A stretch of DNA of 64,000 nucleotides from Candidatus Pacearchaeota archaeon (GTDB lineage Archaea > Nanobdellota > Nanobdellia > Pacearchaeales > JAPDKA01). The DNA lies in assembly GCA_038817835.1 (NCBI GenBank), contig JAWAZI010000003.1, positions 5,074 to 69,073 of the forward strand. Reading direction: 5' to 3'. A program made the position numbers and the translations under genes. The notes below the pieces were generated by a model. That model was not told the DNA's origin. It saw only the letters and a program-made list of their open reading frames with translations, and ran no database searches. Positions 45,841-56,598 of the stretch are shown here, piece after piece; the first letter of the stretch is position 1; each line of letters opens with the position of its first letter.

Positions 45841-46278
45841 ATATATATTACCAATTTTTTTAGATTTATTTTTTTCATAAGCTAAAGCAACTAAAGCTGC
45901 TTTAAAAGCATCATTTATATGCTTATTTTTAAATTTTTTTATTTTTATTGCAGAAGGAAAAGTTTCTATTACAATTATTTTATTTTTGTTAAAATAATTT
46001 TTTAATTTTAAAGCCCTTTTTGCTAATGCTTGCATAGATTTCAATTTTAAACTTAATGGTTTTAAGCCTTTTTTCCTTAATAATTTTTCTGTTTTTCTAT
46101 CTTTTTTTGATTTTGTTAATGGAGCGTCTATAGCTATTATTTTTACAAACTTTAGAAATTTTTTTATTTCTTTATCTTTTTTTACAAGACCAATAAAAAT
46201 TATTTTTCCATTTTTATTTAAAATACATATACCACTATAATTTTTTTCTTTTGCAGCAAGATCCAAGCCAGCATACAT
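45832..46278 (-). CDS. DUF429 family RNase H-like nuclease (probable start 46278)
   Basis: AGLDLAA, AIDAPL, IETFP, DA...A. Confidence 0.8.
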   Translation of the reverse strand: MYAGLDLAAKEKNYSGICILNKNGKIIFIGLVKKDKEIKKFLKFVKIIAIDAPLTKSKKDRKTEKLLRKKGLKPLSLKLKSMQALAKRALKLKNYFNKNKIIVIETFPSAIKIKKFKNKHINDAFKAALVALAYEKNKSKKIGNIYLL

Positions 46279-46310
46279 AAACTTTAAAAGTTTTTTATTT
46301 TTAAAAATTA

Positions 46311-47744
46311 ATGAATATAGAATCACCAAAATTATTACCAAAAAAACAAGATTTTAGTAAATGGTATAATAGGGTTTTATTTTTAGCAGATATTATTGAT
46401 AAACGATATGATGTTAAAGGTTGTTTTGTTTGGAAAAGTTATGGTTATGAAATAATGTTAAAAATAAAAGAAATTTGGGACAATTTATTTAAAAAAAATG
46501 GAATAAAAGAAATGTATTTTCCTTTACTTGTTCCTTTGAAGTATGCTAAAAAAAATAAAAGTTGGTGGGAAGGATTTAAAGATCAGGCTTATTATGTTAT
46601 TGCTGGAGAAAAAGAAAAATATATTTTAAGGCCTACTGGAGAGCCAGCAATGTATCCTATGTTTTCTTTATGGATAAGAAGTTATAAAGATTTACCATTA
46701 AAAATTTACGAAACAGTATCAAGTTTTAGATATGAAACAAAGCATACAAGGCCTCTTATAAGAGATAGAGAAATTACTGTTTGGCATGAAATTCATTGTG
46801 CTTTTGCAACTAAAGAAGAAGCCGATAAAGAAGTAGAATTACATAGAAAAATTTATGATGATTTATGGAGTGAATTATGCATGGAACCTTTAAGTGTAAT
46901 AAAACCTAGTTGGGAATTATTTCCAGGAGCTGTAGGGGCTATTGAGTATTATAGCTATTTTCCTGAATTAGGAAAAGTTATGGAAAATGGAAGCATAAAT
47001 AATTTAGGACAAGCTTATTCAAAAAAATTTGGGATAAAATTTAAGGATAAAGATGGAAAAGAAAAATATGTTTGGCAAGTTTGTACAGGGAATGGAGCAA
47101 GACTTCTTGTTGCAGTTATAGCTATACATGGAGATGATTTTGGTTTAGTTTTACCACCATCAATTGCTCCAATACAAGTAGTTATAGTGCCAATATCAAA
47201 GAAGGAAAATTGGAATATTGTTTTAGAAAAAGCTAAAGAAATTGATAAGAATTTGAAAAAATATGGCATAAAAAGTTTTGTTGATGATAGACAAGACATT
47301 ACCCCTGGAGAAAAATTTTATGAGCATGAGCTTAAAGGAATACCTATTAGAATAGAAATAGGAGAAAAAGAAATATCTGGAAAATATTTAACAATTTTTA
47401 AGAGAAATACAAGGGAAAAAAAGATAATAAATAATGAAAAAGAAATAAAGAATATCTTATTAGAAATAAAAAAAGAAATGCAAGAAAAAGCGAGAAATAT
47501 AATCAATAATGCAATTATTTTTGAAAAAAATAAAGAAAATATTATGAAGCATATAATTAATAAAAAAATTGTGAAAGTTTATTATTGTGGTGATGGAAAT
47601 TGTTTTGATGCTATAAAGGATTTAGGAAAACAAGAAATTGGAATTGAAGTTTTTGGAACTGATTTAAAAAAATATAAAGAAGGAAATTGTATAATCTGTG
47701 ATAAAAAAACAAATCAAATAGGATACATAGCAAGTACAATTTAA
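46311..47744 (+). CDS. proS: Proline--tRNA ligase (archaeal/eukaryotic type)
   Basis: LRPTGE, FRYETKHTRPLIRDREI, HGDDFGLVLPP, C-terminal zinc domain. Confidence 0.96.
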   Translation: MNIESPKLLPKKQDFSKWYNRVLFLADIIDKRYDVKGCFVWKSYGYEIMLKIKEIWDNLFKKNGIKEMYFPLLVPLKYAKKNKSWWEGFKDQAYYVIAGEKEKYILRPTGEPAMYPMFSLWIRSYKDLPLKIYETVSSFRYETKHTRPLIRDREITVWHEIHCAFATKEEADKEVELHRKIYDDLWSELCMEPLSVIKPSWELFPGAVGAIEYYSYFPELGKVMENGSINNLGQAYSKKFGIKFKDKDGKEKYVWQVCTGNGARLLVAVIAIHGDDFGLVLPPSIAPIQVVIVPISKKENWNIVLEKAKEIDKNLKKYGIKSFVDDRQDITPGEKFYEHELKGIPIRIEIGEKEISGKYLTIFKRNTREKKIINNEKEIKNILLEIKKEMQEKARNIINNAIIFEKNKENIMKHIINKKIVKVYYCGDGNCFDAIKDLGKQEIGIEVFGTDLKKYKEGNCIICDKKTNQIGYIASTI

Positions 47745-48077
47745 TTATTCTACATTACTTCCTTGAGCTATTTCTTTTTCAGGGGTAATCAAAACAACTT
47801 TATCATTTTTTTTATCAACAGCAGCAAGAAGCATACCTTCACTTTTTACTCCCCTAATTATTGCAGGTTCAAGATTGGTAATAACTATACAAAGTTTATT
47901 TTTTAATTCTTCAATTTTATAATATTTTTTTAATCCTGCTACTAAATTAATTTGCTTTTCTCCAATATCAACTTTTAATATATATAATTTATCTGCATTT
48001 GGATGGTTTTCAACAGTAATTATTTTTCCTACTTTTATTTTCAATTTTTTCCATTCATCAAAGCTTATGTTACTCAT
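47745..48077 (-). CDS. Stand-alone tRNA-binding OB-fold protein (MetRS C-terminal/Trbp111/CsaA-like)
   Basis: HPNADKLY, NLEPA.IRGVKSEGMLLAA. Confidence 0.9.
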   Translation of the reverse strand: MSNISFDEWKKLKIKVGKIITVENHPNADKLYILKVDIGEKQINLVAGLKKYYKIEELKNKLCIVITNLEPAIIRGVKSEGMLLAAVDKKNDKVVLITPEKEIAQGSNVE

Positions 48078-48153
48078 TTTATTCTAAAATTAGAATTATT
48101 TATAAATTTTTTAATAAAATTTATAAAATGCTAAATATAAATTTTTAAAAGAG

Positions 48154-48984
48154 GTGAAAAAAATGAAAAATAAAAAAAATTTTTTTAATTTTTTATTAAT
48201 CCCCTTTAAATTTTTTTTTAAAAATATTTATGTAGCTTTACCATCTTTATTTTTTTTGATATCATCTAGCATTATTTCACTTATATTCTCTTTTTTATTT
48301 TTAGCTTTAGGTTTTTCATTAATTAATCAAGATCTAAATCTTGAAAATTTTAAATTCAGTTCTTTTTTTAGTTTATTACTTTTAATTTTCCTTTATTTTT
48401 TATTTTTGATTATTTTATCATCTTTGTTTTTCTCTAGTACTTTAGTTTTTTCTAGAAATATTGTTAATGGATTAAGAGAAAAAAATTATTTAAAAAACTT
48501 ATTTGCTTATACTAAATATTGGTGGAAAATTTTAGTTTTATCATTAATTTTTATTTTTTTGATTTTTATAATTTCTATTCCTTTTAGTTTAATTATTATA
48601 TTTCTTGCAATAAAATTTTTCTCTACTTTTAATACTATAAATTTAATTTTTTTAATTTTAATTTTAATTTTTAGTTTTATTGTTTTAGTAATTTTTTCAT
48701 TATTTTTTTATCCATCTATTTATTGCTTAGTTTATTATGATTCAGGCTTATTGGATAGCATTAAAATATCTTTTATTAATGTATATAAAAATTTTTTAGA
48801 ATTCTTTAACCTAAATTTAATTTTATTTTTAATTTATTCATTGCTATCAATAGTTTCAGTTTTTTCAAATATTATATTGAGTAGTATTGTTAGTGTTGTT
48901 TTAATCTTATTTTTTATCCCATTTTCTTCATTGACAATAATGTATTTTATAAAAAATAAATTTAAAAGAAAAATAAAAAAATGA
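48154..48984 (+). CDS. Polytopic membrane protein of unknown function
   Basis: About six Phe/Leu/Ile-rich helices; stop overlaps next start. Confidence 0.75.
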   Translation: MKKMKNKKNFFNFLLIPFKFFFKNIYVALPSLFFLISSSIISLIFSFLFLALGFSLINQDLNLENFKFSSFFSLLLLIFLYFLFLIILSSLFFSSTLVFSRNIVNGLREKNYLKNLFAYTKYWWKILVLSLIFIFLIFIISIPFSLIIIFLAIKFFSTFNTINLIFLILILIFSFIVLVIFSLFFYPSIYCLVYYDSGLLDSIKISFINVYKNFLEFFNLNLILFLIYSLLSIVSVFSNIILSSIVSVVLILFFIPFSSLTIMYFIKNKFKRKIKK

Positions 48985-50642
48985 AAAATATTGTTATATT
49001 TATTTTGATATTATTATTTGTTTTAGTTTCTATTCCATTATCTTATTCAGGAACATCTCATGGAGTAGTTGGGAAAGTACTCGATTCTTGTGATGGAACT
49101 AGAGCAAATGGAGCAAAAGTAACTTTTTATATTTTAACTAGACCAGATGATAAATTATATGATGTTGTTGGTCCAAGAGGCAATAGTGGAAAAGATAATT
49201 ATTATTTTGTTGATATTGGAAATTTTATTTATCCATGGCAGTCGGGAGAAACATTAATTATTGAGATTTTTAAAGATGAAGATCATGCTGTAAATATAAG
49301 TATTAATTTAACAGATGCTGGTTTTGATGTAGCTCCGACAGTCAAATTGCCAGGCTATTGCCCAAATCATCCACCAATAATAGTTTCATATTATCCACAA
49401 AATCTTTCTTTGATAACTAATAAACCTATAAATTTTTGGGTTTATGCTATAGATGAAGATGGTGATAATCTAGTTTTGAAATGGTATGTAAATGGTGAGG
49501 AAGTTAAAAGTGAGGAAAATAATGGTAATATAAATTCTAGTTTTTATTTTTCTTATAATATTGGAGAATATACAGTTAAGGCAGTAGTTAGTGATTATGA
49601 ATATAATGCATCTGTTGAATGGCAAGTCAAAATAATTAATAATCCACCAGAAATAATTTATTATTTACCAAATAAAACTTATATAACAACAAATACAACA
49701 ATAGAATTTTTTGTTATAGCTAGAGATATAGATGAAGATGATCTAGTTTTGAAATGGTATGTAAATAATGAAGAAAAAAAACAAAAATTTGGAAAAGGAA
49801 ATATTAATGATACTTTTATATTTACATCTTCTCCAGGATATTATATTATAAAAGCAGAGGTTAGTGATGGAATAGGAAGCGATAGAGTTATATGGAGTGT
49901 TAATTTTAGTGGGGAATGTATAGATTATTGGGAATGTGGAAATTGGAGTGAGTGTGATGAAATGGGATTTAGATATAGAGAATGTTGGAAAATAAATCCA
50001 GAATGTCAAAGTAATATAAATCAACCTCCAATGAAAGTTTTTGATCCAGAATGTTTAAATTTAACATGTACTCCAAATTTTGTTTGTGGAGATTGGAGTG
50101 AATGTATAGCAAAATATAATCTTGAAGAAGTTATAGCTCAAGAGCCACCATATTATGTTAAAGGTAAAATGTATCAGGAATGTAAAGATATAACTAATTG
50201 TACAAATTTATTAAGGATTTTTGAAAAAAATTGTAGTTTATATTTGCCTATAGAAATTAGTAGAACAATACAATGTGAAGTAGCATTTATATTTATTAAA
50301 GATCTAAGAACAAATCAAACTTTAGTAAAAATAAAAAAACCAATAGAATTTACAGGAGTTGATATTTATATTGCTCCAAGGGAAGGAAAGCAATATTGTT
50401 GGTATTGCTTTAACGGAAAAAAAGATTATGATGAAGTTGATGTTGATTGTGGTGGACCAAATTGTCCTCCATGTACTTTAAAACAAATTCCACCAAAGAA
50501 GCATAATTTATTTAAATACTTTATCTTATTATTATTTTTCTTAGTTTTAATATTATATATTATCTCAAAGATTAAAGAAATAAGAGAAAATGTTAATCCA
50601 ATTGAGATATTTAGAAAGATAATAAAAATGGAAGAAAAATAA
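48981..50642 (+). CDS. Surface protein with two Ig/PKD-like repeats, Cys-rich modules and C-terminal TM anchor
   Basis: Signal peptide, NHPP/NNPP...D.DGD.L..KWYVN repeats, C..W.C..WSEC motifs, DCGGPNCPPC. Confidence 0.75.
   Translation: MKNIVIFILILLFVLVSIPLSYSGTSHGVVGKVLDSCDGTRANGAKVTFYILTRPDDKLYDVVGPRGNSGKDNYYFVDIGNFIYPWQSGETLIIEIFKDEDHAVNISINLTDAGFDVAPTVKLPGYCPNHPPIIVSYYPQNLSLITNKPINFWVYAIDEDGDNLVLKWYVNGEEVKSEENNGNINSSFYFSYNIGEYTVKAVVSDYEYNASVEWQVKIINNPPEIIYYLPNKTYITTNTTIEFFVIARDIDEDDLVLKWYVNNEEKKQKFGKGNINDTFIFTSSPGYYIIKAEVSDGIGSDRVIWSVNFSGECIDYWECGNWSECDEMGFRYRECWKINPECQSNINQPPMKVFDPECLNLTCTPNFVCGDWSECIAKYNLEEVIAQEPPYYVKGKMYQECKDITNCTNLLRIFEKNCSLYLPIEISRTIQCEVAFIFIKDLRTNQTLVKIKKPIEFTGVDIYIAPREGKQYCWYCFNGKKDYDEVDVDCGGPNCPPCTLKQIPPKKHNLFKYFILLLFFLVLILYIISKIKEIRENVNPIEIFRKIIKMEEK
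49468..49766 (+). repeat. 26-bp identical direct repeat marking an intragenic Ig-domain duplication
   Basis: ATCTAGTTTTGAAATGGTATGTAAAT at 49468-49493 and 49741-49766, offset 273 bp (91 codons). Confidence 0.85.
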
Positions 50643-50675
50643 AAATTTATAAAAATTAAAATTTAAAAATAATAA

Positions 50676-51173
50676 ATGGGGGAGATAGATAAAATATACG
50701 AAACAAAGGTAAAATATGGCGGAATTTTTGATTTTAAAAATATTTATACATTAATTTTTGAGTGGCTTTCGGATATGGGTTATTTTGTTGTAGAAAAAGA
50801 ATATAGTGAAAAGATTAAAGCAGAAGGAAAAGAAATAGAGATTAAGTGGATATGCACTAAAAAAGTTACAGATTATTTTAGATTTATTATTAATGTTAAT
50901 TGGCGTATTGATAATTTACAAGAAATTGAGATAACTAAAGAGAAAAAAATAAGAACAAATAAAGGAAATATAGAGATTAAATTTTCAGCAATTCTAGAAA
51001 GAGATTGGCAAAATAAATATGAGGTTTCTCCATTTCATAAATTTTTGAGAGCTGTTTACGAAAAATATATTATACCAAATAGAATAGAACAAATGGAAGG
51101 AAAAGTTACTGAAGAAGTTTTAGATATTGTGAATAATATTAAAGCATATTTAATTTTAGAAGGAAAAAAATGA
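50676..51173 (+). CDS. Hypothetical protein
   Basis: 165-aa ORF with globular alpha/beta pattern (GIFDFK..Y...EWL..MGY...EKEY). Confidence 0.75.
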   Translation: MGEIDKIYETKVKYGGIFDFKNIYTLIFEWLSDMGYFVVEKEYSEKIKAEGKEIEIKWICTKKVTDYFRFIINVNWRIDNLQEIEITKEKKIRTNKGNIEIKFSAILERDWQNKYEVSPFHKFLRAVYEKYIIPNRIEQMEGKVTEEVLDIVNNIKAYLILEGKK

Positions 51174-51207
51174 ATAAAATTTAAAAATATTCACTTTAAT
51201 AATAAGT

Positions 51208-54200
51208 ATGAAAAAAGGGGTGAAATTTTTAATATTTTTCATTTTGATAGCATTAATTTGGATAATTTTTTTATTATTATTTAAGTCTAGAATTACAGGA
51301 TATAGTATAAATGCTAAAAATTTTTATTTAGTTGGAGAAAATTTAGAAGGATTTTATAATTTAAAATTAAGGCAAGGAGAATTATGGCCATTAGATGCTA
51401 AAGTTATAGTAAGAGCTAATAATATAACTAAAGAATTAAGCTTAAGAGATTGGTTAGAACAAAGCGGAATTGATTATGAAATAATCTATGGAAATTTTTA
51501 TGTTTATGATAAAAATATTTATGGTTATGGTGAAGGTTTTGGAAAAATTGGGAAATATATTGAAAAACCAAATATAAAATTTGAGATAAAAATATATTCT
51601 AAAGAAAAAGAAGAAAAGCCAGTAGAAGAAGAACATCCGGTGGAAATAAAACCAGAGATACCTGTTGAACAGCCAGCTCCAATCGAGCAACCTCAAGAAA
51701 CAATTGAACAACCACAAGAAGAAATACCATCTCAAACAGAGCAACCAACCGAGGTTGAACAACCAGTAGAACAACCACAACTACCTCCAGAAGAAGCAGA
51801 AACTCCAACAGTTCCTGAACAACCAAGTGAACAACCTGAAAAACCAGAAGCAGAAAAAGTTCAGGAGGGAATTTTTAGTAGATTAATAAAATATGGTCCA
51901 TTAAATTTTTTCTATTTCTTTAGAAATTTAGTTGGTTTTGCTATAACTAATGAAATTGAAGGGGAAAAAATAATTCAAGCATATGTTAATATTGATAATC
52001 CATATATTTTAGAGATAAATGAAAATCAATATGCTGAGTTTGTTAGTGGAAGTGTAAAAATAAATGATATTCCTGCTGATGATAACTTCATTAAATTTGA
52101 GAAAAAAGATAATAAAATAATTGTAACTACAGATTATAAAATTGAGAGGGAAGGATTTGGGAAAGAATTTTTAGGAGAAGAATTTTACATTAACCTAAGT
52201 TTAAATATTTTTAATTTAACTTTTGATAAGGAAGGTGTTTATGATTTAGATGTTGAGATAATTTATAATAATATTATTCTTGATAAAGCATCAGCTAAAA
52301 TATTTGTTGAAAAATCAAATCAAACTTATTATATTATTAAATTAATTGATGAAAAGGGAAGAGTAATAAAAGAAATTAATATAAGCAAGAACGAAACTAG
52401 AGAAGGGATTAAATTAAAAATAAAAGAAGAAAAAATTATTTTAGAAAAACCCGAAGAAATTAAGGTTTTAAGCTTAATTCCATTTGTAAAGGCTCAGGTA
52501 ACTCAATTACCTAAAGCTCAATTACCTATATGTGGAAATAATGAATGTGAAAGTGGTGAAGATACTAGCAATTGCCCTAGTGATTGTCCTTTTACTATTT
52601 ATAATTATAGAGGTGGAGATATTTCAGTTCAATTTATTTCTCCATCACAAGAATTAATAAATAAAGGAATATTAACAGAGATAGTTTATTCTACCCCTGC
52701 AGACTTTGATTATGCTTTGATAAAGCTTAACAAAATAGATCCATCTTTAGAAATATCTAAAATTTTAAAATGTGAGAATTGGAATGCTATAACTGCTTCT
52801 TGTGTTGGCAATTTTATCCCTGTTGATATTCCTTTTATTGATTATGGAGATTATATTGTTATAAACATAACAAATTTTTCTGCTTATGCTGGTGGTGCTG
52901 GCTATAATGCATCATTAGTTATTTGGGATAGTAGTGATGCTAGAGCTATAGGCATAAACGAAACAATTTTCTTTTATGCAAATTATTCAACTTATCCTGA
53001 AGGAATACCAATAAATGATAGTAATGGCATTTGTTTAGCATTTTTTAGTTTTGAGAATAGACCAGGATTTTCTGCTGAGATGCAATTTAATTATTCATCT
53101 ATGCTATGGGAAACAAGTTTTTTAACTACAGAAGATATGGTTGGTATTAATAATTTTACAGTTAATTGTTCCTCTAGCAATTATGATAATTTAACAGCAA
53201 GTGATGAATTTATAATTCAAAATATTAGTGTTAATATTATAACTAATTGTACAGAAATAAATCAATCTGGAATTTATAGATTAAATGGTAATTTAACTGC
53301 TACATCATCTTCAAGTTTTGATGGAGCATGTATAAAAATTGCTTCTGATAATGTAATATTTGATTGCAATAATTATGCTATTATTAATGATCTAACAGAT
53401 CCTGTTTCTTATATTATAAAAATATCAAAAAGAACATTAGAAGGAGTAGGAACTGGCTATAATGTTAGTATAAAAAATTGTGAAATTTATAATGCATATT
53501 ATAAAGGAATAGAAATTGATACTTTTAATAATCTAAATTTAGAAAATATAAAAATTCTTAATCAAGAAGAAGGTTGTTGTGGTATAGATATATATGATTC
53601 AAATAATATAAGTATAAATAATTATTATTATGAAGGTAGTGGAGCTTTTGGCTTAACAATTAGTAATTCTTCATATTTAATAGCAAGAAATATTAATATT
53701 ATTAATTATCTTTATGGTTATGAAATAATTGGAGAATGTATTAGTGCTAATATATTAAATAATTCTATTTTTGATGAAGGATTTTTGAATTGTAGTATTA
53801 ATTTAAGGTTGAATGGAGGATCTAATATTAATATTTCTAACTTTTATATTACTCATGGTGATATTAGGGCTGGGGGAGAAAATATTATTATAGAAAATAA
53901 TACATTTGAAGATATATACTCTTTTGAAGCAATTGATTTTTGGGGTAGCGAGAATATTTTCATAAGAAACAATATTTTCAAAAATGTTAAAGGGGAATAT
54001 ATTAAAGTAGATTCCTCCAATAATTTTGAAATTTATAATAATACATTTTATTATAATTCTTCTGAGGGTTTGTTTAATATAATATATTTATCTGCTTCAA
54101 ATAATGGAATCATTAAAGATAATAAATTTATTTATGATGACTTTACAGATTCTTCACAGCCTTTAAATAATTCATCATTTATAGAGATAGGTAATGATAA

Positions 54201-56568
54201 TAGTGAAATAATTAAATTTGAAAATAATTATTTTAAATGGGAAGAAAATGAATTTTATTTTGATGCATTGATTATAAATACTACATCTATTTATGCATAT
54301 AAAGGTTCACCACCATCTTCACCAAATAATTTAATACCATTAAATAAATCATTGATTATATATCAATATTCCCATAATAATAGAATAGATTTAAATATTT
54401 CTTTTGATCCTATTTATAACAATATTAGTTATTATAAAATTGATTTATTAAATGATTCTGGCTGGCTTCAACAATACACAGAAATAATAAATAATAAAGC
54501 ATATACTTATTTTGAAACTCCAGAATTGAATGAAACATATGTTTTTCTTAGTTTATTTGGAGAAGCTCCAGCAGAATGCACTTGTAATTCTTGTGAAGAT
54601 TGCATGAATAAACTTAATAATCCTTCTTGTACAGAAGTAAAACTAGTTAACGATATAATAAATATAGATAGAAATCCATGTATAAATATAAGTTTTTCTA
54701 ATAAAATTTTTGATTGTCAAAATTATAGTATAATAGGAAATGAAACTACTTTAATAGATTATGTTGCAATTTTAATAAATCCAGCAAGCAATGTAACAAT
54801 AAAAAATTGTAATATAGAAAGATTTTATAATGCTATTTTACTAGGAATAGGGTCTCGCTCACCAAAGAATTACAATTTTATTAATATAATTAATAATACT
54901 TTATTGAATAATTCAAGAGCTATAACTTACTCTGAAGAAATTGAAATTTATAATAGCCAAATAGAAAATAATACTTTAATTGATAATATTTTTGGTATTA
55001 AATTCAAAGGTTCTAATAATATAATAAGAAATAATAAAATTAGAGGTAGATATAGGAGTAATGCTACTCACATGGAAACCATTGGAATTATGATTTATCA
55101 ACCAAGTAGAAGTACTTTAATTGATAATAATATAGTATGTAAACATGTATATGATATAAAAGCTGATACCTATGCTAGTGGTATACAAAACTATTGTGAT
55201 GTAGCTATTAACTTTAGTGATTCAAATGCTAGTGGTTGTAAGAAAAAAACAGATATTAATTTTGATATAAAATCTTATTTATTAAAATCTGATAAAATAC
55301 CAATTATAAAATTTGATGTTATTCTTTATTCTAATATTAGTGCAAAAGCAAGATTATATAGTAAATATAATTGGAAAGAAGAATGGAAACCAAATTTTGG
55401 AGCATCATCTTGTATTCGTTTATTGGGAGGATCTATACAAGAATCTAGTGAAGAATTAACCTTACAAGAATCAACTTCTAAAGAATCAATTATTACATCT
55501 AAACTTATACAAGAATCTGTTGGAGAAGAATCAATTTCACTACCACCTCCACAGGAAAAGCCTTCACTTCCACCACCAGAGCCAATTCCACCATCTAAGC
55601 CACCATCTAAACCTCCAATAATATTTACTCTTTGTTCAAGTAGCGGAGAATTAGTATCAGTATCTAGCGGGGATGAGATATTTGCTGAAGGTTATGGAAT
55701 TGTTTCTCCAACAGAGCCATGCATGGAAGGAAGAGAAAGCTATAATATAACTTTCCAAGACGCATTTCCATATAAGGATTGTAGTAATAACACAATAATG
55801 GAATTTGAATATTATAAAATTGAGTTTGAGAACTTTTGTAATAAGAAAGAAAGTGATGTTTATTTAAGAAAAACAAATGAATTAATAAAATCTCCATCAA
55901 AACAAACAGGAATTAACTTTGTTTCATTCACAACAGATATAAGATATGGTGGCATAGCTGTTGCATCTGATGGAAAAATGGCAATTGTTACACCTGAGGA
56001 TATAGATTGTACAATTCAATTACCTATTGAATTAAAAGCCGTATCGCCATGGATAACTCTTTCAAGTTCATCAGAGTTACTAACTTCTTGTATAAGTAGA
56101 AAACTTCAAGAAGAAAACTCATCAGCAAGATTGATATATGCTAGTTATTGGGATGAAGAAAGACAAATGTATGTTGGCCATCCTGCTAGCTTATTTGCAA
56201 ATGCATATATTAAAGATTTCCCAATAAAATTAGGAAAATCTTATTTTGTAGATGTTAATAAAAATTTAACATTCACACAATTTGGAAAACTTCCACCAGA
56301 ATCAATTTGGCATGAAATTAAAGCTGTTGGAGAAAAAATTAATATTATAACTTTAACTCCTCATCAACAAAATATAACAACAGTTAGACAACTTTGTAAT
56401 TTATCGTTTGTAAATCCATATGGATATGTTGAATATTGGGATCCAATAAATCAAAATTTTTTACAAGTTGAATCTCAGCGATGTATGTTTTCAACAAATA
56501 CAGCTTTAGATTTATCTATCCCATATAGAGTTAGTGTAATTAAAAACTATTCTGGGCTTATACCATAA
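51208..56568 (+). CDS. Giant surface protein with parallel beta-helix repeats, paralog of the 1540-aa adhesin
   Basis: N-terminal TM plus ITGYSI, EQP-rich linker, CGNNECE..E...NCPSDC module, two beta-helix blocks, Pro-rich linker, C-terminal YWD repeats. Confidence 0.75.
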   Translation: MKKGVKFLIFFILIALIWIIFLLLFKSRITGYSINAKNFYLVGENLEGFYNLKLRQGELWPLDAKVIVRANNITKELSLRDWLEQSGIDYEIIYGNFYVYDKNIYGYGEGFGKIGKYIEKPNIKFEIKIYSKEKEEKPVEEEHPVEIKPEIPVEQPAPIEQPQETIEQPQEEIPSQTEQPTEVEQPVEQPQLPPEEAETPTVPEQPSEQPEKPEAEKVQEGIFSRLIKYGPLNFFYFFRNLVGFAITNEIEGEKIIQAYVNIDNPYILEINENQYAEFVSGSVKINDIPADDNFIKFEKKDNKIIVTTDYKIEREGFGKEFLGEEFYINLSLNIFNLTFDKEGVYDLDVEIIYNNIILDKASAKIFVEKSNQTYYIIKLIDEKGRVIKEINISKNETREGIKLKIKEEKIILEKPEEIKVLSLIPFVKAQVTQLPKAQLPICGNNECESGEDTSNCPSDCPFTIYNYRGGDISVQFISPSQELINKGILTEIVYSTPADFDYALIKLNKIDPSLEISKILKCENWNAITASCVGNFIPVDIPFIDYGDYIVINITNFSAYAGGAGYNASLVIWDSSDARAIGINETIFFYANYSTYPEGIPINDSNGICLAFFSFENRPGFSAEMQFNYSSMLWETSFLTTEDMVGINNFTVNCSSSNYDNLTASDEFIIQNISVNIITNCTEINQSGIYRLNGNLTATSSSSFDGACIKIASDNVIFDCNNYAIINDLTDPVSYIIKISKRTLEGVGTGYNVSIKNCEIYNAYYKGIEIDTFNNLNLENIKILNQEEGCCGIDIYDSNNISINNYYYEGSGAFGLTISNSSYLIARNINIINYLYGYEIIGECISANILNNSIFDEGFLNCSINLRLNGGSNINISNFYITHGDIRAGGENIIIENNTFEDIYSFEAIDFWGSENIFIRNNIFKNVKGEYIKVDSSNNFEIYNNTFYYNSSEGLFNIIYLSASNNGIIKDNKFIYDDFTDSSQPLNNSSFIEIGNDNSEIIKFENNYFKWEENEFYFDALIINTTSIYAYKGSPPSSPNNLIPLNKSLIIYQYSHNNRIDLNISFDPIYNNISYYKIDLLNDSGWLQQYTEIINNKAYTYFETPELNETYVFLSLFGEAPAECTCNSCEDCMNKLNNPSCTEVKLVNDIINIDRNPCINISFSNKIFDCQNYSIIGNETTLIDYVAILINPASNVTIKNCNIERFYNAILLGIGSRSPKNYNFINIINNTLLNNSRAITYSEEIEIYNSQIENNTLIDNIFGIKFKGSNNIIRNNKIRGRYRSNATHMETIGIMIYQPSRSTLIDNNIVCKHVYDIKADTYASGIQNYCDVAINFSDSNASGCKKKTDINFDIKSYLLKSDKIPIIKFDVILYSNISAKARLYSKYNWKEEWKPNFGASSCIRLLGGSIQESSEELTLQESTSKESIITSKLIQESVGEESISLPPPQEKPSLPPPEPIPPSKPPSKPPIIFTLCSSSGELVSVSSGDEIFAEGYGIVSPTEPCMEGRESYNITFQDAFPYKDCSNNTIMEFEYYKIEFENFCNKKESDVYLRKTNELIKSPSKQTGINFVSFTTDIRYGGIAVASDGKMAIVTPEDIDCTIQLPIELKAVSPWITLSSSSELLTSCISRKLQEENSSARLIYASYWDEERQMYVGHPASLFANAYIKDFPIKLGKSYFVDVNKNLTFTQFGKLPPESIWHEIKAVGEKINIITLTPHQQNITTVRQLCNLSFVNPYGYVEYWDPINQNFLQVESQRCMFSTNTALDLSIPYRVSVIKNYSGLIP

Positions 56569-56598
56569 AATTTAAAAATTAAAAAAGATATATTAAAT

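Noticed and set aside
51600..51850. Quasi-periodic GAACAACC repeats as a possible CRISPR array or DGR repeat
   Set aside because: They are in-frame codons of an E/Q/P-rich linker; there is no fixed repeat-spacer period, cas gene or reverse transcriptase.
55540..55620. C-rich tract with elevated GC
   Set aside because: Encodes a Pro-rich linker in the 1786-aa protein; no RNA structure evident.
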